A stretch of DNA of 64,000 nt, taken from positions 532 to 64,531 of the forward strand of contig CAYSEZ010000001.1 in assembly GCA_964430375.1 (NCBI GenBank), in the 5' to 3' direction. This document shows, piece by piece, positions 30,057-39,069 of the stretch (the first letter of the stretch is position 1; each line of letters starts with the position of its first letter). Under the pieces are notes generated by a model. It was not told where the DNA came from, ran no database searches, and saw only the letters and a program-made list of their open reading frames with translations. A program made the position numbers and the translations under genes. Source of the stretch: an uncultured Mycoplasma sp. GTDB lineage: Bacteria; Bacillota_I; Bacilli_A; RF39; UBA660.

Positions 30057-32309
30057 TTACTCTCTATTTAATGCTTCAACTATATTTTTTCTACTTGCTA
30101 ATCTTGAAGGAAGCGTTCCTCCGATTAAAGTTATAATTATACTTATTAAAATCATTATAATCATATGGGTTATATTAATTTTAGCAATGCCTTCTAAAGA
30201 TGTTAAATTTTCTAAAATAATATTGGTAGGAATAATAAGTAATTTAGTAATTAATATTCCAAGTATACCAGATGTTAAACCTATTAAAAAGTTTTCAGCA
30301 TTAAACACTCTTTTTATATCTTTTTTTCTTGCTCCAAGAGATCTTAATATTCCTATTTCTTTAGTTCTTTCAAGTACACTTATATAAGTAATTATGCCTA
30401 TCATTATACTAGAAACTATAAGTGATATAGCAGAAAATGCCACTAGAACGTAGGTTATACCATCTATTAAACTACTGGTTAATTCTACTGCTGTTTTAGC
30501 TAAATCTTTATATATAATTTTATCATTATTTTCATTATATTTATCTAAATAATTTATTATTTTTTCTTTACTTTCTTTATTCTTTGGATAAATACTTATT
30601 AAATAAGGAATATCTAGCCCTCCGAAATAAACTAAGTTTTGAGTTTTTTCTTCTTCTGTTAAACTTTGCATAGATATTACACTAGTATTACTATTTATTT
30701 GATCTTTTACTATTTTAGAATTGCTATTTTTTTCTATTATATATTCCATTAATGAATCAGTATATAATATTTTTCCATTAGAGTTTGATGTAAGGGTATT
30801 TTCTGTTACTGCGATTTTATTATCATCTTTTGCTTTTATTACTCCGACTACTTTTAAAATAATAGAATCTTTACTATTATACATTTCTTCTAAATTACTA
30901 TTAGAAGTATATATATCATTAGTTTTAATATAATAATCATCATTTAATATTATTCTTATTTCTTTACCTATTAATTTATTTATATCTATTTTATCATCAG
31001 TAATATTAAATATTTTAAGTATATTTTTATCTAATCTATTATTACTATCTAATTCTATTAATATTTCATTTTTATTTTTAGGAAAAGATCCTTCTAGAAG
31101 ATTATAACCATTTTTTAAATAAGAATTATTATTATCTATTTCTTTAGGTAACGAAGTAAAAGAAGATGTGTCTATAACTACTATGTTATTATCTTGTTTT
31201 ACTAGTGCATTAATTTTTACATATCTATTATAGGTTATACCTTCGATTAAGGTTTTATCTATATTTTCTAAGTAATTTAAATACTCTTTAGTTATATTAT
31301 TAGTGTGAGTTTCATTAGTAGTATTATAAGAATATACTTTAGTTTCATCTATATTTTCATTTGAATTAGTATTATCTAATATAGTAGTTTCTTCATTTAT
31401 TAATATAGGAAATGATGATAATGTTTTTGTTTCAAATTTATTTATTTGAATATCAAATCCATTAGATAAAGCAAGAATAAGTAATATACCTATAATTCCA
31501 ATACTTGATGCAAATGAGGTAAGAAAACTTCTGCCTTTTTTAGCAAATATATTATTAAGTGATAATTTTAATGCTGTAAAAAAGTTCATTGAAGTTCTTT
31601 TTATTTTATAAGTTTGATTATTTTCTATATCATTAAATGGATTAGAATCACTTACTACTTTTCCATCTTTTAAATTAATTATTCTTGTAGAATAGATTTT
31701 AGCAAGTTCTTCATTATGGGTTACCATAATAACTAATTTATCTTTGGATATTTCTTTTATTAAATCCATAATATCTTTACTTGTTTTAGTATCAAGTGCT
31801 CCGGTTGGTTCATCTGCGAGTATTATTTTAGGATTCGTTACTATTGCTCTTGCTATTGCAACTCTTTGTTTTTCACCACCAGATAATTTGTTAGGTTTTT
31901 TATGTATATGTTCTTTTAAACCTACTTTTTCTAAAGCTAAAAGTGCTCTTTTTTTTCTTTCTTTTTTTGATATTCCACTTAATGATAAACTCATTTCTAC
32001 ATTACTTAATATAGATATATGAGGTATCAAATTATAATTTTGAAATATAAATCCTATTAAATTATTTCTATAGGCATCAAAATCTTTATCTTTATATTTT
32101 TTAGTGGATACTCCATTTATTATAATATCTCCACTGGTATATTTATCTAAACCACCAACTATATTTAAAAACGTTGTTTTACCTGAGCCAGATGGACCCA
32201 GTATTGATACAAATTCATTTTCTCTAAATTTTAAATTAATATTATCTAATGCTTTTTGATTAAAATTTCCTGTTTTATAATCTTTACATATTTTTTTTAA
32301 TTCTAACAT
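30057..32309 (-). CDS. Fused ABC transporter ATPase plus FtsX/MacB-type permease
   Basis: Walker A GPSGSGKTT, signature LSGGEKQR and Walker B ILADEPTGALD. These are followed by a TM, a large ectodomain and a C-terminal FtsX-like 3-TM bundle. Confidence 0.85.
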   Translation of the reverse strand: MLELKKICKDYKTGNFNQKALDNINLKFRENEFVSILGPSGSGKTTFLNIVGGLDKYTSGDIIINGVSTKKYKDKDFDAYRNNLIGFIFQNYNLIPHISILSNVEMSLSLSGISKKERKKRALLALEKVGLKEHIHKKPNKLSGGEKQRVAIARAIVTNPKIILADEPTGALDTKTSKDIMDLIKEISKDKLVIMVTHNEELAKIYSTRIINLKDGKVVSDSNPFNDIENNQTYKIKRTSMNFFTALKLSLNNIFAKKGRSFLTSFASSIGIIGILLILALSNGFDIQINKFETKTLSSFPILINEETTILDNTNSNENIDETKVYSYNTTNETHTNNITKEYLNYLENIDKTLIEGITYNRYVKINALVKQDNNIVVIDTSSFTSLPKEIDNNNSYLKNGYNLLEGSFPKNKNEILIELDSNNRLDKNILKIFNITDDKIDINKLIGKEIRIILNDDYYIKTNDIYTSNSNLEEMYNSKDSIILKVVGVIKAKDDNKIAVTENTLTSNSNGKILYTDSLMEYIIEKNSNSKIVKDQINSNTSVISMQSLTEEEKTQNLVYFGGLDIPYLISIYPKNKESKEKIINYLDKYNENNDKIIYKDLAKTAVELTSSLIDGITYVLVAFSAISLIVSSIMIGIITYISVLERTKEIGILRSLGARKKDIKRVFNAENFLIGLTSGILGILITKLLIIPTNIILENLTSLEGIAKINITHMIIMILISIIITLIGGTLPSRLASRKNIVEALNRE

Positions 32310-32375
32310 ATTGTTCTCCTTATTAGTTTTATATTTTTTTATTATGAATATATTTATTATAAAGGATGTGTTTTA

Positions 32376-32579
32376 ATGAAATATGTATTTATTATTTTAA
32401 TTACATTAAATAATTATTTATCATTTAATATTCCAATTTTAAATAATATAACAAATAAAGAAGAAACAAAAGAAGTTATTAATAAAGAAAATAAAAATGG
32501 TATGTTAATAGGGATACTTGGAAGTCTTATAATTATTGAGATTGCTTTAATATATAAGAAGAAAAAAATTAAATTATAA
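32376..32579 (+). CDS. Small exported or membrane protein (hypothetical)
   Basis: AAGGA ~10 nt upstream of the ATG. N-terminal hydrophobic segment and C-terminal TM plus KKKKIKL tail. Divergent from the ABC gene. Confidence 0.4.
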   Translation: MKYVFIILITLNNYLSFNIPILNNITNKEETKEVINKENKNGMLIGILGSLIIIEIALIYKKKKIKL

Positions 32580-32912
32580 TTATTTTCTTCTTATTAAATA
32601 TTTAACTAAATAAAATAGAAATACTATAAATACTCCTAGTAGTAACCATGATAATAAATCATATACAATACCGCTGGTGTATTTACTTAATAAATTAAAT
32701 ATTGAAGTAGGAAAATGATTATTTATTACTTTATTTAAATCATTCATTCCTAAGTGATCTCCAATATAGTGAATTATTCTTAAAAATATTTCTATAATTC
32801 CTATTAAATATACTATATATTTAACATCTTTTAATATAAAAATACCTAAAATTATTAATATTATTAATATTGCTAAATCCATACTAATCCTCCAGTTTTG
32901 AATAGTTGTCAA
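32580..32912 (-). CDS. Small 3-TM membrane protein of unknown function
   Basis: Hydrophobic 110-aa ORF that overlaps the end of the upstream gene by 29 nt. Confidence 0.5.
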   Translation of the reverse strand: MTTIQNWRISMDLAILIILIILGIFILKDVKYIVYLIGIIEIFLRIIHYIGDHLGMNDLNKVINNHFPTSIFNLLSKYTSGIVYDLLSWLLLGVFIVFLFYLVKYLIRRK

Positions 32913-34077
32913 AGTATCCTTTAATATATACTACTGGTGTTCCTTTGTCACCACTTCCACAAGTTAAATCACATAAAGAACCTATTAAATCAGTTAAATG
33001 TCTAGGAGTTGTACCAAGTGAAGCCATATTGCCTTTTAAGTTTATATCTTTATTTTTTATTTCTTCAATTACAGCATTTTGTAAATCTTTACCTCTTAAA
33101 TTGCTATATTTAGAATCAGATAAATACTTTAACTTAATTTCATTAGGAACACCTTCTAAACCTTTAGTATATGCCGGAGATACAACTGGATCTGCAAGTT
33201 CCCATATTTTACCTACTGGATCTTTAAAAGCACCATCACCATAGATTAAAACTTCAATATCTTTACCAGTTTTTTTCTTTAATAGATCGTGTATATCGTT
33301 AACTATTTTATCTCCTGTTCTAGGAAATAATTTTAGTTTTTCATCAGTCGATCTATTTGAACCTAAAAGCCCATATTTTTCATTATAACCACTACCAGAT
33401 ATGCTTTTATTCATTATATCAGTAAGGTCTAAAAGAGTTTTACATTTTCCTTCTAAACGTTTTTTTGTTTTTGTTCTAGTATGTATATCACAACATAATA
33501 CTTCTTCTGTATAATTTAAAATTTCTTCTGGATTGTTAGAAAATATTATTTCTACTTCACAGTTTTCTTTTTCTATTATTTCTTTATATAACTTTACATA
33601 ATTTACTCCAGTGAAAATATGTTTTTCATTTTCAAAATACTTATTATATGTTTCTTCATCTAATACATCCTTATAAGGATTAATATTATACTTATCAAGT
33701 AATTCTTCATCAAATAAGTGATTTCCTACTTCATCTTCTGGATATTTAAGCATTAAAGTAATTTTATCAAGTCCTCTAGCTATGCCAGATAAACATAAAG
33801 CAAAACGATTTCTACTTAAAATTGGAAATATTAATCCTACATGTCTTCCTTTAAACTTATTTTTAATATCTAGACTTATATCATCTAAAGTTACAAAATT
33901 ACCCTCACATCTTCCTACTACTGATTCAGTTATTGCAACGATGTCTTTATCATCAAAGCTTAAACCTATTTCTTTTTGCGCTGTAAAAAGAGAGTCTACT
34001 ACTATATTAACTAAATCATCATTTTCCATTATAATTGGAGTTCTTACTCCCATTGATATTGTTCCTATATTTTTCAT
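32884..34077 (-). CDS. CofE-like (F420-0:gamma-glutamyl ligase family) protein
   Basis: The N-terminal pattern DDLVNIVVDSL...DKDIVAITESVVGRCEGNFVTLDDI matches the F420_ligase fold signature (DgDivvvtsKivSkaEGr). GGAGGAAA RBS. Confidence 0.5.
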   Translation of the reverse strand: MKNIGTISMGVRTPIIMENDDLVNIVVDSLFTAQKEIGLSFDDKDIVAITESVVGRCEGNFVTLDDISLDIKNKFKGRHVGLIFPILSRNRFALCLSGIARGLDKITLMLKYPEDEVGNHLFDEELLDKYNINPYKDVLDEETYNKYFENEKHIFTGVNYVKLYKEIIEKENCEVEIIFSNNPEEILNYTEEVLCCDIHTRTKTKKRLEGKCKTLLDLTDIMNKSISGSGYNEKYGLLGSNRSTDEKLKLFPRTGDKIVNDIHDLLKKKTGKDIEVLIYGDGAFKDPVGKIWELADPVVSPAYTKGLEGVPNEIKLKYLSDSKYSNLRGKDLQNAVIEEIKNKDINLKGNMASLGTTPRHLTDLIGSLCDLTCGSGDKGTPVVYIKGYFDNYSKLED

Positions 34078-34227
34078 ATTTTTCCTCCTATCTTACAAAG
34101 TAATTTTATCATATTTTAAATATAAAAGTCTATAGTAGATTTACTAACTTGTATTATTCATTTTATACCTCCTACTAATATAAATATCAAAAAAAAGAAA
34201 CATACCTGGTTTTTTCTAAAAAAAATT

Positions 34228-34246
34228 AAAAAAAGAATAGAAAATC
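34228..34246 (-). terminator. Intrinsic terminator after the pilin-like gene
   Basis: On the minus strand: AGAATGG-ATTTT-CTATTCT, followed by TTTTTTAATTTTTTTT. Confidence 0.6.
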
Positions 34247-34250
34247 CATT

Positions 34251-35816
34251 CTAATTTAATGTATAACAATAATTATCATCTAATTTAGTACCAGTTGAAC
34301 ATTTAAATTCTTTAGCTTCACATGTAGAATAACTTTCACCTTTGGTACCACTTTTACAAGTGAATTCTTCTTCATTGGCATCACAAGAAGAGACTTCTTC
34401 TGTAGTAGAAGTAAATCCATAAGTAGAATAGTCTGAAACAGCCCATCCAGATGGACAACTATCGCCTTGATTATTAAGATAGCAATAACTTCCAGAAGCA
34501 TATTCACCAGTAACACTTGAATAACTACATCCTGTATAACCAGAATAATGATAACAATATTTACCACTTAAGCTTCCAGAAGAGCATGAATAACATGTGC
34601 CATATTTTTTACAATAAATATAAGTGCCATCAAAACTAGTTTTTGTATAACCAGAATTACAAGACCATGCTTCACTATCTCCGCTTGTAACTTTTTCTTT
34701 ATATGAATCTACAACACATGAATATGAAGATGCTGATGTAGTTTTATAACATTTTGAACTAGAACACCATGAACAATAACTATATCCTGAAGGACAAGTA
34801 TTTAAATAATTCCAACATTTTAAATTAGTATAACCACATGTATTTGTAGTTTTAACATAACTAGAAGCAACTGGAGAAGTTAAAGTTGCACTACAAGTAT
34901 TTGTATTACCTGCTTTATCTTTTACATAACCATAATAAGTTGTTAAAGATAAATCAAGTGTATTTGTTTCATTATAAGTAACATTTTCACTAGTTGTTAA
35001 ACCATAAGTATCAATTCCACTTCCTTCATTATCTCCTTTAGTTATAGAAACACCTTCTGTAGTGACAGATAAATTACATGTTGGTTTTTCTTTATCTATC
35101 ATGATAGTGCCATCTAATTTGCATATACCTTGATTAGCATATTGATCTTCTACTATGACATAGTATGAATCATCATACATTGTGTCACTTAATTTAATTG
35201 AAGTAGTATAATTACTTAAGTTATCAATTTTATTGAAACTTCCATCGCTTAAATAATACCCCGCTAAAGAAGTATTATCTTCTAAAGATAAATTCAAAGT
35301 TATATCACTACTTGTCCAATTATTAATATTTCCATTTGCTAAAGATAAAGTACATTTAGGCAATACATATTCATGTTCACTAGAAGATCCGGCATTATAA
35401 ATACATGATTTTTCACCACTTTCATAGCCGTTATCACACTTTATACAAGCAGTATAATCATAATCACTATTATTTTTTTCTACTATTACATAGCTATTAT
35501 TAATACAACTATTACCATCACTATCTTTTAAGTCACCAGAAATATAATTATTATTAGATAAATAAGATAGAGAAATTAAAGCTTTATTAACTGGTAAACC
35601 TTGTTCATTAATATAACCTCTAGGCAGTTCGACCTTGTTTTCAGTATAATAAGTTTTAGCAATAGATATTATTTCAGTACTTAGATTTTTATTGTATTCA
35701 TCTTTTCCTTTTCTTAAATATTTAGTAACACTAGGAATTATTATACCTGCTAGTATTCCTATTATTACTATTACAATTAAAAGTTCTACTAGAGAAAAAC
35801 CTTTTTTATTTTTCAT
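34251..35816 (-). CDS. Type IV pilin-like protein with two Ig-like modules and a cysteine-rich C-terminal region
   Basis: Class III signal MKNKKG|FSLVELLIVIVIIGILAGII (G-1, F+1, E+5). Two modules begin P-x-C-x-L-S. About 28 Cys by my count, ~20 of them in the last ~200 aa, with repeated C-x-S/T-G-Y/T/W motifs. Confidence 0.82.
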   Translation of the reverse strand: MKNKKGFSLVELLIVIVIIGILAGIIIPSVTKYLRKGKDEYNKNLSTEIISIAKTYYTENKVELPRGYINEQGLPVNKALISLSYLSNNNYISGDLKDSDGNSCINNSYVIVEKNNSDYDYTACIKCDNGYESGEKSCIYNAGSSSEHEYVLPKCTLSLANGNINNWTSSDITLNLSLEDNTSLAGYYLSDGSFNKIDNLSNYTTSIKLSDTMYDDSYYVIVEDQYANQGICKLDGTIMIDKEKPTCNLSVTTEGVSITKGDNEGSGIDTYGLTTSENVTYNETNTLDLSLTTYYGYVKDKAGNTNTCSATLTSPVASSYVKTTNTCGYTNLKCWNYLNTCPSGYSYCSWCSSSKCYKTTSASSYSCVVDSYKEKVTSGDSEAWSCNSGYTKTSFDGTYIYCKKYGTCYSCSSGSLSGKYCYHYSGYTGCSYSSVTGEYASGSYCYLNNQGDSCPSGWAVSDYSTYGFTSTTEEVSSCDANEEEFTCKSGTKGESYSTCEAKEFKCSTGTKLDDNYCYTLN

Positions 35817-35849
35817 AACAGCCTCCTACTATAATTTGATTATATAAAT

Positions 35850-35877
35850 AAAAAACACTAAAATCAAGTGTTTTTTA
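35850..35877 (-). terminator. Terminator after the AGCS symporter gene
   Basis: AACACT-N7-AGTGTT hairpin flanked by A/T runs on both strands. Confidence 0.5.
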
Positions 35878-37233
35878 CTATTCTTTAAAATATTTTTTCT
35901 TTTCTTTAACTACTAAATTACTTAGTAATAAAATTCCTATTAAGTTTGGAATGGCCATAAATCCATTAACAGTATCTGCTAAATCCCAAACAAGTTCTAA
36001 TTTTGTTACAGCTCCAAGCACAATAAATAAAATCCACAATACTCTAATAACATATTTACTTTTTTCTCCAAATAAATATTGTGCACATTCTTCACAACTA
36101 TAACCAGAAGAAGTTAAACATGTGAATGAAAATAAAAATGAAACTATCATTATTAAATAACCACCAATATTTCCAGGGAATACTTTGTCAAATGCTTGTA
36201 TCATTAAAGCTGCACCACCTTCTCCAGTAGTCCATACACCGCTTATAACAATAATTAATCCTGATATTAAGCAAATAACCATTGTATCAAGAAAAACTTC
36301 AACAGGGCCCCATAATGCTTGATCTACAGGTTTTTCTACTCTTGCTGGACCATGAGTAATTGCGGCACTACCCATTCCTGCTTCATTAGAGTACATACCT
36401 CTTGCAAAACCATATCGCATTATTTCTTTTACCGATGCTCCGGCAAAACCACCAAATGCCGCTTGTGGAGTAAATGCCGCTTTAAATATTGTAACTATTG
36501 CACTAGGTACTTCAGTTATATTTAAAGCAATAACTACTATTCCAATTAAAATATATAATATTCCCATAAAAGGTACAACATAATTACTGAATTTACCAAT
36601 TCTTTTAACACCACCAAATATTATAATACCTACTACTACCGCAAGAACTATTCCTATAATAAGTGGTGAAATATCAAATTTAGCTCTTACTGCATCTACA
36701 ATTGTATTAGTATCAACCATTGCTACAATTACTACGTAAGAAAGTATTGCAAATACAGCATATGCTCCTGCTAAAAACTTACTATGTAAACCTTTTTCAA
36801 GATAATACATAGGTCCTGATGAATAAGTTCCATCATCATCTTTCTTTCTAAACATAATACCTAGTGTTATTTCTGCAAATTTTATTGCCATCCCAAAGAA
36901 TGCTGCAATTAACATCCACACAATAGCACCAGGACCACCAGATGCTATCGCAGTAGCTACACCTGCTATATTACCACTACCAACAATACCTCCTAAAGCT
37001 ACAAGAGCTGATTGAAGCGATGATATTTCTCCTTTTTTCTTTTTGTTTTCTTTATCTTTCTTACTAAGATTTGATTTAATATGTTTAAAAATTGTCTTAA
37101 TTTTTGTAACTTGTAAAAAACCTAACCTAATAGAAAAATAAATACCAGTTCCCAATAATAAAACTATTAATGGGACTCCCCAAATAAAATCATTTATTAT
37201 TCCATTATACTTTTCAATAATTTCTAACATCAT
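35878..37233 (-). CDS. Alanine/glycine:cation symporter (AGCS family)
   Basis: Polytopic protein with GGPGAIVWMLIAAFFGMA and SNEAGMGSAAI blocks typical of sodium:alanine symporters. GGAGGAT RBS. Confidence 0.9.
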   Translation of the reverse strand: MMLEIIEKYNGIINDFIWGVPLIVLLLGTGIYFSIRLGFLQVTKIKTIFKHIKSNLSKKDKENKKKKGEISSLQSALVALGGIVGSGNIAGVATAIASGGPGAIVWMLIAAFFGMAIKFAEITLGIMFRKKDDDGTYSSGPMYYLEKGLHSKFLAGAYAVFAILSYVVIVAMVDTNTIVDAVRAKFDISPLIIGIVLAVVVGIIIFGGVKRIGKFSNYVVPFMGILYILIGIVVIALNITEVPSAIVTIFKAAFTPQAAFGGFAGASVKEIMRYGFARGMYSNEAGMGSAAITHGPARVEKPVDQALWGPVEVFLDTMVICLISGLIIVISGVWTTGEGGAALMIQAFDKVFPGNIGGYLIMIVSFLFSFTCLTSSGYSCEECAQYLFGEKSKYVIRVLWILFIVLGAVTKLELVWDLADTVNGFMAIPNLIGILLLSNLVVKEKKKYFKE

Positions 37234-37317
37234 ATCCTCCTTATTAAAATAAAAACATAACTAATATATTTCTATTTCTGATGTATATTAAATATAACAA
37301 AAAATAAAAATAAAATA

Positions 37318-37346
37318 AAGACTAAAGTGTAAACTTTAGTCATTTT
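37318..37346 (-). terminator. Hairpin plus T-run inside the AGCS leader (candidate attenuator/terminator)
   Basis: On the minus strand: GACTAAAGT-TTAC-ACTTTAGTC (9 bp), followed by TTTATTTTATTTTTATTTTTTG. It lies ~85 nt upstream of the symporter ATG. Confidence 0.5.
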
Positions 37347-37397
37347 TTGTTATATTTACAAATGTTTATGTAAAAATTAGTAGATATTATATTATTT

Positions 37398-37472
37398 TTA
37401 ATCTGCTCCAGGACCGCTACTTGATTTTTCCCATTCTATATCAGAGTCTGAGTAACCAGTTGCCAACCCCAT
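37398..37472 (-). other. Isolated GC-rich 75-nt patch, either a 24-codon ORF (MGLATGYSDSDIEWEKSSSGPGAD) or an unclassified RNA element
   Basis: My own translation of the minus strand. AAAGG lies 9 nt upstream of the ATG. A possible TTGCAA-N18-TATATT promoter sits at 37515..37544. The local G+C is visibly far above the surrounding AT-rich spacer. Confidence 0.3.
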
Positions 37473-37693
37473 ATGTTAAAACCTTTAAAAGATAAAAACA
37501 TTGATAAACATATAAATATAATAGAAAAAAATACCCTGTTGCAAAAGAAATAAAAGATATTTTTTAAGAATATCATTCAATTATTATGGGTAATGATGAA
37601 AATAAATTGATGATTTAATATAAAAATAGGATATTTCTATCCCATCTTTACTTAGTTGACACTTAAAGTTTCGGAAGAACCGATATTTTGCGA

Positions 37694-38809
37694 TTATTTT
37701 GATTTATTTAAATGTTTTAATTCATCTAGTATAAATACTCCGTTTTCTCTAATTAATTTATCGTCAAAGTAAATATTACCTCCACCATAGTCTTCTCTTT
37801 GTATTAAAACCATATCCCAGTGAATACTAGAATTATTACCATTATAACTATCTCTATAGCAAGATCCTGGTGTAAAGTGAATACTTCCTATTATTTTTTC
37901 ATCAAATAATATGTCTCCCATAGGATACATTATATCTTTGTTTAATCCAACAGAAAATTCTCCGACATATCTTGCACCTTCATCTATATCAAATATTTTA
38001 TTTAATTTTTCTTCTTCATCTTTATTATCACAAGTTGCACTTACTATTTTACCATCTTTAAATTCTAATCTTACTCCATAATAAATATTACCATTATAAG
38101 GACTTGGAGTATTATATTTTATAACTCCATTAATAGAGTTTTTAACAGGTCCACAGTATATTTCTCCATCTGGTATATTCATTTCACCACAGCAAGGAAT
38201 AATAGGCATATTTTTAATAGAAAAAGTTATATCTGTACCTACTCCAGTTAGTCTTACTTTATCAGTTTTTTCCATTAATTCTTTTAAAGGTTTTATATCT
38301 TCACTCATTTTTTTATAATCATAACACATAACGCCCATAGAGTAATCATAAAACTCATCTATTTTCATATTAGCTTTATAAGCATCTAAACTAGATGGAT
38401 AGTTTAAAAGAACCCATTTTCTTTCATTAATTCTAATATCTCTAACTTCTTTTAGGGCTTCTCCCATTAATTTTCTAGTTTCTTCTTTTATATTTTTTTC
38501 TTCATAATCATTTTGATTACACATAATTCTAATAAAACTATTATAATTTTCTACATCAAATCTTTCTTTTCTTTCTAAAAGTTCAATTCCTTCTTTAGAA
38601 ATATCTTCTTTAATTAAAGCATCTATTTCTGGATCTACAAATCTTACTGTAACTTGTGCTCCTTTTTCTTTAATTTTTTTAACTAATAGTTTGACTAAAG
38701 AAATAGGTTTCATAGTTTCACTTACTATAATAACGCTTTCTTTTTCTTTTACTTTAATAGAATGTTCTACAATAGTAGATGCTAAAATTTCTTCTTTTTC
38801 CATATTCAC
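37694..38809 (-). CDS. M29-family aminopeptidase (AmpS/PepS-like)
   Basis: 371 aa with GEMNIPDGEIY, GEFSVGLN and GSIHFTPGS...SSIHWDMV blocks typical of thermophilic metalloprotease M29. Confidence 0.85.
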   Translation of the reverse strand: MNMEKEEILASTIVEHSIKVKEKESVIIVSETMKPISLVKLLVKKIKEKGAQVTVRFVDPEIDALIKEDISKEGIELLERKERFDVENYNSFIRIMCNQNDYEEKNIKEETRKLMGEALKEVRDIRINERKWVLLNYPSSLDAYKANMKIDEFYDYSMGVMCYDYKKMSEDIKPLKELMEKTDKVRLTGVGTDITFSIKNMPIIPCCGEMNIPDGEIYCGPVKNSINGVIKYNTPSPYNGNIYYGVRLEFKDGKIVSATCDNKDEEEKLNKIFDIDEGARYVGEFSVGLNKDIMYPMGDILFDEKIIGSIHFTPGSCYRDSYNGNNSSIHWDMVLIQREDYGGGNIYFDDKLIRENGVFILDELKHLNKSK

Positions 38810-38851
38810 TTATCCTTTCTTTTTACATATATTACTTTGAAGGAGGTATAT

Positions 38852-39049
38852 ATGTATTACAATAATAATATACCATATTATAACTATAATATGTATAATA
38901 GAAAATATAATTATAGAAATAATAATCGGGTTGGTGGGTTTGTTTTCCCATTTGCATTAGGTTTTTTATCTGCGCCACTTTTATTAAAACCAAATTATTA
39001 TCCATATTATCCATATCAAAATTATCCTAATTATCCATATTACTATTAA
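38852..39049 (+). CDS. Small Tyr/Asn/Pro-rich protein with a central hydrophobic segment
   Basis: A perfect GGAGG lies 6-7 nt upstream of the ATG at 38852 (the track's TTG start at 38837 is unlikely). Sequence: MYYNNNIPYYNYNMYNRKYNYRNNNRVGGFVFPFALGFLSAPLLLKPNYYPYYPYQNYPNYPYYY. A hairpin (AAAACAAG...CTTGTTTT) follows the stop. Confidence 0.55.
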   Translation: MYYNNNIPYYNYNMYNRKYNYRNNNRVGGFVFPFALGFLSAPLLLKPNYYPYYPYQNYPNYPYYY

Positions 39050-39069
39050 AAACAAGTTAATTCTTGTTT

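Noticed and set aside
34280-34567. 95-aa same-strand alternative-frame ORF inside the pilin-like gene.
   Set aside because: It is nested in the Cys/Ser/Tyr-rich repeat region of a much longer ORF with a strong N-terminal signature. Its product is Val/Ile/Leu-rich noise with no start context.
37380-37480. Glycine riboswitch upstream of the AGCS symporter, which is the common arrangement in Firmicutes.
   Set aside because: I could not find the conserved cores (GGAGAG…CACCGAAGGGGCAA…CUCAGGCAAAAGGAC) on either strand. Only loose fragments occur (CTGGAGCAG, ACTCAGAC), and in the wrong order. The element is reported as unclassified instead.
38832-39014. 60-aa minus-strand ORF mirroring the Tyr-rich small gene.
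   Set aside because: The plus-strand frame has a perfect GGAGG-spaced ATG and a downstream hairpin, while the minus-strand frame has none. Repetitive TAT/AAT/ATA composition keeps both strands open.
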